Shown here in pieces: positions 1 to 13,538 of a stretch of DNA of 64,000 bases (positions are counted from its first letter, which is position 1; every line of letters starts with the position of its first letter). The notes under the pieces were generated by a model, which had not been told where the DNA came from, did no database searches, and was given only the letters and a program-made list of their open reading frames with translations. This stretch comes from Azolla caroliniana (lineage: Eukaryota; Plantae; Polypodiophyta). The DNA lies in contig JBHGNT010000022.1 in assembly GCA_043228905.1 (NCBI GenBank), forward strand, positions 4,092,001-4,156,000, read 5' to 3'. A program made the position numbers and the translations under genes.

Positions 1-1744
1 TATACCTAATGTGGCCCATACTCAAGTATTCCTTAAGTTGTTTAGCGATCTCATCCTCTTCTAATCGACTAAGTCGGTAAGGTGGAATGCTCATAGGAGC
101 AGCACCAGGAATGAGTTCAATTTAATGGTCCACATTACATTTTGGTGGTAAAGTAAGTGGCAATTCGTTAGGAAACACGTCTTGAAAATCGTCTAAAATA
201 GAGTCGAGTAATCATTGTTCATAATGTGGTAATTGTGTGGCGTCAATATTAAAATAATAAAATTGAAGCGCAGGATCAATTACACACGAATAAATTAATG
301 AACTAGAATACTCACTTAAAGATTTAGAAGACACAAGTGAACGAGAAGGAAGTTTGGAACATTGAATAAAATGTTTACAATTATTTAGTTCAAATGTGAT
401 TGAGTGATTAACCCAATCAATGGACAAAGAAGGGTTTTTATTAAAAAACCAAGGGTACCCTAAAATGACATCTGCAGATTGTAGTTTCCTATAATGAAAG
501 TCAAGCTTTTCCAAGTAGGTATCTATTTGAATTGGTAGTTGACAAACAATGCCACTGATGTATTGAACACTTTCATTTGCCATGTGAACTTGATAGATAT
601 GATCACTTGCGTTTATATGGAGTTCCATTTGTTGCACAAAGTGATCATTAAGAAAATTGTGAGAACTACTGGAATCAAACAAGAAATGTGCTTGTGTTCC
701 ATTGATATACCTAACTGCTCGGAGTAAATCATTAGGTCCAAGTAAATGTGAAGGAAAAGTGCATTCACATGAACTTAAGTGGTTGGTATGAACTTCAACA
801 ACATCAAAAGACTCACCTGTGTGACTCGTAGATTTGTCTTGAGGAGGGGAGGGGTGTTCATTGACTTCCTCTCAGGACGACGACAGGTATCCTTTGTGTG
901 GCTCCGCTTCTTGCAATTTGCACAGAAGAGGTTAGGTTTCTTGGAGTCACGGTCAAGAGTGTCATTGGATTGCTTACATTTCCCAATGAACTTGACATTC
1001 AAAGTTTTGGCGAACTCGGGTTTATTGTGGTCTTTCTGGGAAGTCCTATGGTACCGAAGTACAATCTTGACGGCTTCCTCAAAAGTTGTGGGGTCCTTGT
1101 CATGGATAATCCAATGGTAATCCCCATTAGGAATACCATTAAAAAAGAAAGCAACAAACCATTTCTCACACGTAAATCTCGATTTTTGGATCTGGGTCCG
1201 AGCATGATGCACATAATCCTCGAGAGAGGTAAATGGCTTACTCGACAACGTGAGCAAGTCATGTGCTTCAGTTTCAGAAGGTGGTTGCAAAAACTAGGAG
1301 ATAGCCTCATTCAAAGAATGTGGGCTCAGGAAAGTTAAGAAAAAGATTTTTTGTCTCACATCGCAATCCTTGAAAGAATTGATCAAGGAGGGCTTGTTAG
1401 TCCCACTTGACATCGCACACGAGCTGACGAAATTCAGACGCATAGATTGATGCCGCACGTTCTCCTTGTTGTGACGCATATAGTTCGTTGAGTGCGGCTT
1501 GTTGTTTGTCGGTCTCCCCGAAAATTGCCTCAAATTCGGTAAGAAATGCTTGGAAGTCGATCAAGATGGGCAAAGAGTTCTCCACCAGAGGGGCAAACCT
1601 GGCTTGGGCTTGTCCTGTCAACAACATGCCGATGAGCCCGACTTGTCGAAAGTCATCAAAATAGCGTTGAGGCTGAAGGTGAATAATAAGGGGGATCTGG
1701 TTGATGAAGCCTCCTCATTGTGACCTCGTTCCATCAAATTTATC
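1..1744 (-). mobile_element. Truncated Ty3/gypsy internal region (gag, zinc knuckle, aspartic protease, start of RT); runs off the window start
   Basis: Retrotrans_gag-like frames at 1294-1744 (KFDGTRS...GQAQARF); CCHC knuckle CANCKKRSHTKDTC (ORF 775-1290); protease-like FDSSSSHNF...DVILGYPW (212-682); RT N-terminus FQDVFPNELP...IELIPGAAP...PPYRLS (1-200). Contains stops and frameshifts. Confidence 0.85.
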
Positions 1745-3302
1745 TGTATGAAAATAGCACACAGTATGTAATTGTATTATTTGAACTGAAAGTTACAATA
1801 GAATGGAGACAACAACCTTAACACTAGGTTACAAGAGTCAGTTTAAATACTAACTAACTTAGGGCAACTACCCTTTTCACTATTTACAAAAATAGCCTAA
1901 ACCTAGTGTGTCCAATGGAACAATGTGAATACGGCCATTATACAACCATATTCAACACTACCCCATAATGGGCGTATACACTATGGAGAAACCTATAATA
2001 TAAAGCAAGATGTACAAGTTATACAAAGAGATGTTTGAGTAGATAAGCCTGTAGCTGAATCAATGACGACCGAGAGGAAAGAAAGGCCGAATCGGTTGGT
2101 TTGAGTGTAGAAGCTGGTTCCGTTGTCAAGGCCGAGTGCTCGAAACTATCTTTGTTGTTCGACTCAATTGGACTGAATACTTCTTAAACCCATCTGGTGC
2201 TGAAGTGACTGAAATCGGTCAGCTACGAGACACTTGGTCATCCCGCCTAATATATTATCAATCGTGGAGATCTTCTTGAGGCTGAGCTTTCCTGAGGTTA
2301 CGAAGTCCCGAACAAAGTGATACTGAACGTCGATATGCTTGGAGGTGTTGTGATGAACCAGATTTTTTGACAAAGCAACAACACCATGACTGTTGATGTA
2401 GACAACTAGAGCTGAATTGGGGTCGGCTTGTCGAAACGTACACACCAACCAACTGAGCCATAGAGCCTCTTTTGCCATGTCAAACGTGGCTACGTATTCA
2501 ACCTCGGTCATTGAAGTGGCCATGCACTCTTAAAACTTCGATTTCCACAAAATTGGTCCATTGGCGAATTTGAAGCAATATGTAGTTGTTGACTTTCGAT
2601 TGTCCACACCACCAACAAAGTCCGAGTCGGTGTAACCAACTATGCCTGGGTTCTTGTTCGGACCGAGAAGGATGCCAAGATCTTGTGTGCCCACCAGGTA
2701 TCTATATACATGCTTGATTGCATTCCAATGCGATCGGCCTAGGTTGTGCATGAAACTCCTAACAACTCCTACGACATGAGCAATGTCAGGTCGTGTCACG
2801 ACCATCGCGTACATCAAGGAGCCAACTACCGGTGCATACGGTACTGACTTCATATCTTCCCCTCTGAACCAAATGTAGGGCAACCTTGTTGAGATAGCCG
2901 AAAATTAATGGGGAGCGGGGTCGGAGTAGATTTGGCCTAGTGCTTGTTGAAGCGCTCCAGGACACGTTTGATGTAGTCAGCTTGAGACAAAAACAATTGT
3001 CGCTAATTCCAAAGCTGACTAATCTTCATTCCGAGTATGTGTCAAGCGGGACCTAGGTCCTTCATTGCGAACTTCAACTACAATTTCCGAACAAGATCGG
3101 ACAGCTCGTCGGCATGCCGTCTAGATAGTAGCATGTCATCCACGTATAAGATGAGGAAGATGGGAGACCCATCTTGAGTTGTTTTCATGAAGAGGCAGTG
3201 GTCCTCATTGCTCTTTGGGAACCCAACCGATTGGATAAAATCGTTGAACTTCTTATACCACAACTGGCGTGCCTGCTTTACGCCATTGGGACTCTTCTTG
3301 AG
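1745..3302 (-). mobile_element. Ty1/copia 3' fragment (element B): 3' LTR 1745-1957, PPT, RNase H, C-terminal RT
   Basis: TG...CA LTR similar to the LTRs at 27720 and 39568; RT motif ILYVDDML (3078-3263); GYTDSDF and KHIDVQYHF motifs. Ends abruptly at about 3302 against LINE sequence. Confidence 0.85.
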
Positions 3303-3661
3303 TGGGGTTGTTTATAATCTTCAATGGCCTTCTCACAATTAAACCTATGCATACATTTGAGGTCAATACATAAAGCCCTATGATTGGATTTCAGTGTCCA
3401 TTCACCAAGTGAAAACATACGATCCAAAATACCTTCGGAAATTAGAAGATAATCAATCACACTATTTCCATTGAGTTTTCTATAAGTAAAATCATTAGAG
3501 TCCGACCATAAAGGAACACCATTTGCAATAAACAATCTGGTACTATTGCACATTTGTAGGAGTAACTTCCCAAATTGGTCTGGATCTTTTTCATTGCTAG
3601 AATAGCAGTCATACATTTGTATATCCTCTTGCATCCTTGAGATATATGGCATGAAAGATTG
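3303..3661 (-). pseudogene. LINE ORF2 APE endonuclease, C-terminal part
   Basis: DQFGKLLLQMC...LFIANG...FTY...NSVIDYLL...SNH matches APE motifs (IDY, SDH). Continues in frame with 41462 once the nested insertions are removed. Confidence 0.8.
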
Positions 3662-3703
3662 TGTAAACAACTGAGAGTGATTATGTGTAGCGGAAGAGAT
3701 ATT

Positions 3704-3793
<90 letters not shown>

Positions 3794-4091
3794 TTTGAGT
3801 GAGAGAGAGAGCTCAAGTATACAGAAAACAAGTAAACACTATATTATCAAAAGAAATATTACAAGAATGACCAACAGTTACAAATAAGGTGGGAAGCTGC
3901 TTATATAGTCACCTTCTCTTTATATTCTCTTTCTACAACCACCTCTTAATTAAAGGGAGGTGGAGACTTAACTACACTGAATATGTGTCATAGAACTATA
4001 AGATTCTATGACACACTAGTTACTAGAGTAGGTGGTGGGATGTTCACACACTAGGGTGTGTTCCTAGGGAAGTTGAGTTTGATTCTCAACA
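3662..4091 (-). repeat. 3' LTR of copia C, containing a (GT)n(GA)n microsatellite at about 3705-3810
   Basis: TG...CA ends; aligns with 40638-41012; PPT-like tract immediately internal (4092-4102). Confidence 0.9.
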
Positions 4092-4341
4092 CGCCCCTTC
4101 AAACGCAACTTCCAGACGTCGAAATGTTGGTTTGGTTCGTTCTTCGATTTGGTTGAGTCGACTTCGGCTTTTTGTTTTCAGATTATTTCGGCTCGGCTGA
4201 ATTGGCTTCGGTTGGCTGGCCAGTTAATCGTGATCATTCTACTCCATTGTACTCCCTCTCAAGCACGGTTGGTCGGTGATCGAGAGACCGAGGTTCGTCG
4301 TGAACTGCTGCAGCTTGTCAATGCCCATGGGTTTCATGAAG

Positions 4342-5623
4342 ATGTCGGTCATCTACAAATTTGTGCTAATATACTATAGGTCGATATCTCCAGCCAAGGC
4401 ACGTTCTCAGATAAAGTGGTAGTGCACCTTAATGTGCTTGGTCTGAGTGTGGAAAACTGGGTTGCGGGCCAAGTGGATGCTGCTTATGTTATCGTAATAC
4501 AGGCGAATCAGACCCTTGATCGGAATGCCCAAATCCTTCATGATTCGTTTGAGCCAAACGGCGTCACATGCAAAGATGGTTGCACCCTTGTATTCGGCCT
4601 CTATGCTCAACAATGCAACTGTCGGTTGCATCTTATTGCTCCACGCAATAGCTCCACTACCGAGTGTGAATACGAACCCGGACGTCGATCGTTTGTCTAC
4701 TTTATAACCGGCCCTATCGACATCGGTATATCCTTCGAGTTGAATCGAAGTCCTCGATTTGTAAAGAATGTCGGTCATCTACAAATTTGTGCTAATATAC
4801 TATAGGTCGATATCTCCAGCCAAGGCACGTTCTCAGATAAAGTGGTAGTGCACCTTAATGTGCTTGGTCTGAGCGTGGAAAACTGGGTTGCGGGCCAAGT
4901 GGATGCTGCTTATGTTATCGTAATACAGGCGAATCAGACCCTTGATCGGAATGCCCAAATCCTTCATGATTCGTTTGAGCCAAACGGCGTCACATGCAAA
5001 GATGGTTGCACCCTTGTATTCGGCCTCTATGCTCAACAATGCAACTGTCGGTTGCATCTTATTGCTCCACGCAATAGCTCCACTACCGAGTGTGAATACG
5101 AACCCGGACGTCGATCGTTTGTCTACTTTATAACCGGCCCTATCGACATCGGTATATCCTTCGAGTTGAATCGAAGTCCTCGATTTGTAAAGAATGTCGG
5201 TCATCTACAAATTTGTGCTAATATACTATAGGTCGATATCTCCAGCCAAGGCACATTCTCAGATAAAGTGGTAGTGCACCTTAATGTGCTTGGTCTGAGC
5301 GTGGAAAACTGGGTTGCGGACCAAGTGGATGCTGCTTATGTTATCGTAATACAGGCGAATCAGACCCTTGATCGGAATGCCCAAATCCTTCATGATTCGT
5401 TTGAGCCAAACGGCGTCACATGCAAAGATGGTTGCACCCTTGTATTCGGCCTCTATGCTCAACAATGCAACTATCGGTTGCATCTTATTGCTCCACGCAA
5501 TAGCTCCACTACCGAGTGTGAATACGAACCCGGACGTCGATCGTTTGTCTACTTTATAACCGGCCCTATCGACATCGGTATATCCTTCGAGTTGAATCGA
5601 AGTCCTCGATTTGTAAAGAATGT
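4342..5623. repeat. Triple tandem duplication (426-bp unit) of the copia C RNase H region
   Basis: Units start at 4342, 4768 and 5194; three near-identical ORFs (4407-4778, 4833-5204, 5259-5657); ATGT microhomology at the junctions. Confidence 0.95.
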
Positions 5624-8135
5624 TGAAATCCATCATCCCACTCACATAGCGTAACACTCTCTTAGCACAGTCCAGATGAACGTTTCGATGTGTCTGCTTA
5701 AACTAGCTAAGGTGGCCGACCAGGTAACTGAGGTCGGGCCGAGTAATGGTGAGGTAAATTAAACTAATGACCAGTTGACGGTACTGGGTCGGGTCGCATT
5801 CGGAAGTTCCAGAGTCGGCATTGAGCTTTTGATTACGATTGAGAGGGGTAGCCACGACCTTACACTCTTTCATCCCAAATTTTAATAGAAGATTGAGAAT
5901 GTAATGTAGCTCCTTCATATCAGTCATTTCGAATCGGCCGGAGAGTAGTCGTTTGGTATGTTCGATGTCCTCGATGTCATCTCCTCCAATGACCAAGTCG
6001 TCTACATAAATTATAATGATCAGTTGTCCTATGGAATCGTTCCGGACGAATAGATAATTATTGGACGTGGACATTTTAAAACCGATTTGGTGAAGATATT
6101 AAGTTATCTTCGCATGCCATGCTCTCAGTGCTTGCTTGAGACTGTAAAGAGGCTTTTTGAGTCGGCAGGCAGTAGTAAGATGCATACTCGACTCGAAACC
6201 AGGTGGTTGCACCATGTACACCCCCTCGTCTAATTCTCCTTGTAAAAAGGCGTTCTTCACATCCATTTGGTGGAGGTGCCACTCTTTTGCTGCAACAAGT
6301 ACGATCACAGTTCAAATGGTAGTCATCTTTGCCACTGGGGAAAAGGTCTCTTCGTAATCGATCATGTGTGTCTGTGCATATCCTTTTGCCACAAGCTGAG
6401 CCTTAAATCGATTGATGGTTCCGTTGACATTGTGCTTCACCTTGAATATCCACTGGCAACCAATCACCTTTTGGTGGGGTGAAGAAGGAACGAGATCCTA
6501 GGTCTCATTTTTGGAGAGCGCTTGCATCTACACATTCATCACGTTGACCCATCATGGGTCCTTGACGGCTTCGGAAAATGTTTCCGGCTCTCGAACTATC
6601 ACCACTTTCATCATAAAGGCATAATGATATGTCATGTAGTCATTGTAGCTGAATCGGCTGACTACATTCTTTTTTCGGGTGGAACGACGTAGTGGTTCAT
6701 TGGGTCTTTGGGTGCACTTTCTTGGCTCCTGGTGTGACCGACAAATCTAAACCACTAAACTCATTGTTGGGCGAGTGTTCCAATTCGATTCCTTCTGAGT
6801 CTTCGTACTCATGCATTTTGGCCTTCCCTTTGTCCATCTTCAAACTTGGCCGCAAAGTGCTTTGGTTGCTCGGGGGCTCCTTTGGTCCACTCAACCTTGT
6901 TGAGACTGAACTCTCTTTGGATGTGAGCGTTAGTCGGTTGTCCTCCTCCGAGTCTATATCGAAATCAGTTTGGATTGGATGATAGGATGGAGCCAAGTTG
7001 ACCGAATACCAGGATGCTGATTCATCGAATATGACATACCTACTCACTCGTACCTTTTTGGTGGATGGGTTGAAGGACTTGTACCCCTTCTGTTCGAGCG
7101 AGTACCCCAAAAGGATACACTTCTCCGATTTCGGATCAAGATTTTTTCTCTTTCCATCGGGAATGTGTACGAATACGATTGAGCCAAATATCTGGACATG
7201 GGACAAGTTCAGCTTCTTTCCGTAGAACTTTTCATGGGGGGTGATATCATGCACTCCGGATGTCATGCACCAGTTCATTAGATAGACAATCAGTCGTTCA
7301 CTCCTTCAGCCCAACATGATTTCAGTTGGTTCGTTTCGTTCATCATTACTCTCGCCACCTCTAATATATGCCGATTTTTACGTTCGGCTACTCCGTTTTG
7401 CTGAGTTGTGTGTCAGCATGAGAATTCTCGGCGAATTCCTTCCTTTTGGAGGTACGTTGTACATTCGTGCGAGAAATATTCCATGCCCCCATCCGATCGA
7501 AGGCATCGGACATGCCGACTGGTTGCCTTTTCAACTTCATTCTTGAACTTTTGGAAGTGTCTGAACACTTCGTTCTTTTGCTGCATAGGGTAAATCCAGG
7601 TATGCCTAGAGAAGTCGTCAATGAATGTCACATAGTAACGGCAACCATTGAATGTTGCCGTCTGGCCGGTCCCCATACATTTGAATGAACTACATCTACG
7701 GTCCCTTTGCTCACGTTCCTCTCTTTCGGGAACGGTTGTCAATGTTGTTTGCTGAATTAACAAGCTTCACATTGTCAAGAATAGTACTAAAACAGAGAGA
7801 CAATTAGTGCTAGAGAAGGGAAGTACTATTAGTACTAAGAGGACAGGACTGCGTAAGACTCCTGAGAGAGGAAGAGAGAGAGATAGCGAGGACGAGAGAG
7901 AGAGAGAGAGATGATGATAACAGATGATATATTATATGAAGAGTAAGTACAAAATAGCTATGACGATTAAGACTGGCGTGGAACCAATTTGGTTTGAAAT
8001 AATGCCTTGTGCCTCCTTTTATAGTGCTCTCAAGAGTAGTCCTAAAGCTTCTAGAATGTTCTAGAGAAATCTGGAATATACATTAATTTTCTATAGTAAA
8101 ATTTAAATGAAAATAATATCTTACGTATTACAATA

Positions 8136-8203
8136 GATAGTGTAATGGTCAAGAGCTCGACCCATATAACATAAGGTCATGGGTTCGAGTCTTGCCATAT
8201 CAT
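8136..8203 (+). other. tRNA-like segment (Pol III A/B boxes) at the outer U3 end of the H LTR
   Basis: A-box-like TAGTGTAATGG at 8138-8148 and B box GGTTCGAGTC at 8182-8191, at tRNA-like spacing. The other LTR keeps the B box but has lost most of the A box. Confidence 0.5.
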
Positions 8204-8846
8204 GACATTATCCCCACTTTAAGACGACGAGTGTAACAAGTCGACGTTGATTGAGGACGGGGTTTGTCTGGATACTGTCGGTGGAAATCAGCAAGAAGAT
8301 CCTAAGCATTGGCAACATGCTGAACGGGTTCCCAAGTACGTTCGCTCGGACTATAGCCGAGCCAATCGACCAAATAATAAAGTTTGTTGCAAACGAACTT
8401 GGAGTCGAGGACAACAACAACTTCATACTCTAGGCCAACGTCCAACTCAAGCGGGGGCGGCGGTGGTGTAACATGATCGGGAATAGTGTTGGCGTTATAG
8501 GGTTCAAGAAGAGAACTACGGAAGACCGGATGTATCTGAAGGTGCGGAGGAAGATCAAGGTGGAACATGACATCATTAATCTTACCAGAAATACGGAAAG
8601 GACCGAGTCATCAATAATCCAATTTGTCACACGATCGAGTAGTCTTGATGTGACAACGTAAGAGCCATACTTTATCTCCGATGGCAAAAGAGGAGAGAAG
8701 CCGATGACGATCCGCATAAGTCTTCTGTGTGTTGAGCATGACAAAGATGAGTAGATAGATCCGTCTAAATCTTGCATAGCCTCTCCAAATGATCTTCGGC
8801 ATGAGGATTGGTAGGTAGCTCCGAGGTGTCGATCACAGACCAGCGA

Positions 8847-9811
8847 TGTCGTGAAGATCCCGTCACTACGTGCGGATCGTGAGGCAGAACCGCCGGGGTT
8901 CTGGACCATAAGGATTCGAAGTTTGCACTGACTTTAGCGAGAAAGTATTTAAGAGAGATTGAGAGAGATTGATATCACGAAAGAGAGATATTGAGATAAA
9001 GATTGAATTTTTAACTTTTAGATTTAAGAGAGATGATATATCAACAATAGGATTACAAGTTTCTTATATTTTCCAAATTTTTCATTAGTTTACATTTGCT
9101 TGATTCCTCCACTCTTTTATAGATGCCCCCATGCATATGGTGCATGTGAGGGTGCAAGACATGCACGTAATGCATGAAATGCATGCTTGCCATGTCATCA
9201 TCTAAGCTCTCATATATGAGAATTTACATATAAAAGTATACTGATAAAAATATAACTTCTAAGGAAATGACTTGGCTCGCCATCTCGTTGGCTCACCAGT
9301 TCCGTCTGATCGTCGTTCGGTTCCAATTGGCCAAAACCTTTACAAGTAGTTTAGGTCTCGCCGTCTCGCCGGATCCGTCTGGTCGTTGTCCGGTTACGGT
9401 CAGCAAAACCTTTACAAGTAGCTAGGCCACACCCATTTATTCAATTAGTTTATCTCAAGTCACCTTGAACATTCTATGATCCACTCATCGACACAAGTAA
9501 TAGATTTTGGCCCTGCTTATATAATCCGGGATCCTTATTTGTCCTGGCTATGTGGGATATCTCGTAGTTTTGTTTTTTCTCTTCTTCTTCGCAAACTTCA
9601 TACCCACATAACTTGCCACTTAGTTGTCCATTTCTTATGTGGTAAACTGTATTTGAAAGCTCTTGAAGACCTCCATCTTTTTGTACCAAGATATTAAACT
9701 AGTATTAAATAGTATCTTCACTATTATTGTTTTATGTTGTGTGTGAAGAACCACACTTGATTTTGTACATTCCTCGCAATTTTCACACTGTTGTCGAAAA
9801 TCTTTACGACA
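8847..9811. mobile_element. Solo LTR, family I, copy 1
   Basis: Ends TGTCGTGAAGAT...ATCTTTACGACA; 4-bp TSD GCGA; homologous in inverted orientation to 30399-37288; interrupts the H integrase. Confidence 0.85.
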
Positions 9812-10749
9812 GCGAGTGAATAGCGTTATTATAAGCAAACTCCTTAAAGTGGAGAATATTAGCCTAATCGTCCTGTTGGTAACTTAGAAAACACCGGAGG
9901 TATTGTTCTAGCGTTTGATTTGTTCGTTCCGCCTACCCATTGGTCTAGGGATGGTAGCCGGAGGAGAGGTTGCAAGAGACCTTGAGCATCTTAAAGAGAT
10001 GCTTCCAAAATTTGGAGACAAATTGAGGTCCTCGGTCATTGATGATACTGTCTGGGAGGCCATGATGCCGAAATACCTCACGCATGACAAGGGCGATGTT
10101 TTCTTCACTTGTGATGGCCTTAGTACAAGGCACAAAATGTGCCATCGTAGTATATCGATCGACGACGGTTAAGATAGCATCGAAACCCTTCGAGACTGGA
10201 AGATCTATGATAAAATCAAGACAAATGGACTACCACAGCTTACTTGGAATTGGTAAGGATTCCAACAAGCCATATGAATGATGTTGTGGCATCTTTGCTC
10301 GGCAACAAGCATAACAGGTCCGAACATAGTCATCGACAAAATGTCGCATATGGGACCACCAAAAAGATCGTTGAACTAGATCCAACGTCTTAGTACTACC
10401 GAAATGTCCCGTTGTATGGGTGTCGTGACAATTTTGGACGATTTGAAGGTGACATGAGCAATCGGGAACATATGCGAGCATTTTAAAGAATAACAAACCA
10501 TCATGATATTCGAATTGTTGGTAGTCCATACCTGGTTGTTGAGACTGGGAATAGGATGCTCGAGAGGTATCAATTTGCGCTAGAATGGCTTGATCAAAAT
10601 TGTCCGTCTTCAAGCTGGTACGTATGGCATCGATAATCCGGGAATCCAGTGGACTGTGAAAAATCCGTGTTGTGCGTGTTGGTCCCAAGATTACCTGCTT
10701 TTGATTATCAAATGCTGGATCACTAGGACGAGGTGCAAGATATGAGCGT

Positions 10750-11415
10750 TGTCGTGGAGAAAACCATCCCTAGGCGGAAACCGGGTATAACGTGCATAAA
10801 CCGGCCCTTACACGTGGGCACAAGTTTTGTTGTATAGTACGTAGATAGGTACAAGTCGGCTGAGGTGAAATCCTAGGTAGCACGCATTCATTAGGGAGAA
10901 AATTGAGGCGTATCCCTGTCCGAAAGGACAGGGAATAAACATGATGTAACGGGTGGTAACGGCCTCCCTCCTTGGGCTATAAAAGAGAGGGAGAGGTATT
11001 GTAAAAAAAATCACGTTTTGTGGAGGATGAAGTGCTGCTGGACTGGAACCGAGCTCTTCTCCTCTATCTTCTCCATAGTCGTTTTGTGCAGGTTTTCGGG
11101 AGGCTGACTCTGCTCCGCGGAACGCCCGAGTGCTTCCGGTAGAGTCTCCATCTCACGTTCTGTGCGTGTGTGTGCAGGCGTTGGAGCCTATCACTCGCCG
11201 GCTCGCCGGTTGTAACTCCTTGATTTATATATATACATATACATTCGTTCTGTCTCCATTGTTCAGAGTTAGTTTCAACTCCTGTGAATCTGTGTGTCTG
11301 TGCGCGTGTGAAGTACATCGGTAGTTTCCTTCCCCTCTTCTCATTCAGTTATTTCTCGGTCCAAGGCCCCCGTGGTCCCGCCTCGTTCTCCACGCACGTG
11401 CGTAACAACGTGACA
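10750..11415. mobile_element. Solo LTR (666 bp)
   Basis: TGTCGTGG...CGTGACA ends; TSD GCGT/ACAT; removal restores ALSRRSY in H pol; TATA box at about 10978. Confidence 0.8.
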
Positions 11416-12800
11416 ACATCGCGATAGTGCATCTACTTTTCGTTGTTGCTTCCCCGCCCTATATGTGATTTTGAAGTCAAAACGCATGAGGAATTGGGCC
11501 CACCGAGGTTGCTGTCGATTTAGTACACGAGCATTCTGGAAATAAGCAAGATTTTTATGATCACTGAAGACGATGACCTGAAGTGCTGCCATTGCACAAA
11601 TGAATCCACGATGGCTAATAAGTCCTTGTCATGTATCTCGTAGTTGATTTCTGCGGCATCAAATTTGCGTGAATGGAAAGCCACAGGATGTAACTTTTCT
11701 TTATCTCCTTGTTGTGAAAGGATGCTACCGAGGGTGAAATCCAATGCATGGGCCTCCATGATGAATGGTTTGTTTGTATCCACATGAGCTAGAATAGGAG
11801 TTGATGTAAAGGCTTTCTTAAGATGCATAAAAGCCATGTCGGCTTCATTAGACCAAAGACATGCATGTCCCTTCCTGGTAAGCTGTGTGAGAGGCAAAAT
11901 AATCTTCAAGTAATCTTGTATAAACTTGCGGTAGAAGTTAGCAAAGCCTAGGAAACATTGTACATCTCGTAACGAACATGGAGTTGCCACTCTAGCACAG
12001 TTTTGACTTTAGCTAGATCCATGGAGATGCCCTTTGAGGAGATGACGTAGCCTAGAAATTCCACTTGCTTGTAGTGAAAGCTACATTTTTCCAGTTTGGC
12101 ATAAAGACCATTCTCTCGTAGTCGTTTTAGTACTAATAGTGTAACATGAGAATCATGCTCTTCCTGGGTCTTCGAATAAATCAATAGATCATCCAGATAG
12201 ATGATCAAATAGATATCCAAGAGGTCTTTGAATATATCATTTGCCATGTGCTGGAAGACTATGGGTGCATTGGTTAGACCGAACGACATAATGGTATACT
12301 CGAAGTGCCCATATCTGGTGCGAAAAGCGGTCTTCCATTCCTCTCCCGATCGGATCCGCACGAGGTTATACGCTCCTCGTAGGTCAATTTTTGTAAAAAA
12401 CTTAGCACCATTTACTCGCTCTAAAAGGCTTGATATAAGGGGAAATGCATACCTATTCCTGATGGTGACCTTATTCAAGACACAGTAATCAATGACGAGA
12501 CGAAGTGATCCATCTTTCTTCTTGACAAAGAAAATGGGTGCACCGGCCGGAGATTTCGAGTGATGAATAAACCCGCTTACGAAATTCTCTTCTATGTAGG
12601 CTCGAAGGACTTTTAACTCAGTTGGTGACAAGTTGTAAATTGGTCCCCGTGGTGGCTCTGTTCCTAGTTGTAAATCGTAGGGACGATGATGAGGAAGAGT
12701 ATTGGTCAGAAGTTGAACTAAGGATTCCTTCTTAGTATTGCTCGAAGGATGTACTAATATTGCAAATAGAAACATTGTCTCCTTGCGTCCTTCTTCACGT

Positions 12801-13538
12801 TGTCGTAGTGTATTTCGTACACTACATGAAAAACGTATAAAATAACTGATTCAATAAAAATGAAGAAATAGAAGAAAATGTTAAAATACGTCATATACAT
12901 GGATAGGGCAAGATGTGAACCTTGTACATCCATGTACATAATGTGAAACTTTACCATTACACTAATATGTCATTAGTGTTAAAAAAGTAGCCATCCCACA
13001 TAGAAAGGTAAGTGCACATTAGGATAAACTTTAGTTAGACGAAAACGCATGATAAAGGAAAAAGCTACACATGCACATCTAGCATGCATGAACACTATAG
13101 TCGATAAAAACACATCAAGTTAGAAAAAGCATGATTACTTTAGAAAAAAAAGCATGTTAGATAAAGCATATAGTCTATTGATAGAAAAAGCATGGATTGC
13201 TAAAACTCTCTCATCATTATATAAGGATGGGGAGCACAATGTAATAGGTGTGTGAAAAATTTGGAAATTGGATATATTTCTAAAAAACACCAATTAATAA
13301 ATTATACTCGTGGGGTTCACGAGATTTTTATATCCTTCTCTTTCTATCTAAATTCATATTATTATCTTAATATTGATTAATCTAATACAATACACTCGTG
13401 GGATTCACGAGGTTTCTATATCTCTTTCCTACAACCTATCTATATTCTAATTAGTCTCAAATTCTTCCTCCTCCTAGTCCAAAACCCTAGCGGTTCCCAC
13501 CCGACTCACACAATGAATCGGCGTCGAAAGGCACAACA
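12801..13538. mobile_element. Solo LTR (738 bp)
   Basis: TGTCGTAG...CACAACA ends; TSD ACGT/ACAT; removal restores SLHQLREEGRKE in H pol. Confidence 0.8.

Noticed and set aside
3457-3887. ORFs with SLSLSL / ERERER runs
   Set aside because: Translations of the (GA)n microsatellite in an LTR.
8136-8203. Functional tRNA gene
   Set aside because: Acceptor and anticodon stems are imperfect and the segment is part of an LTR; reported only as tRNA-like.
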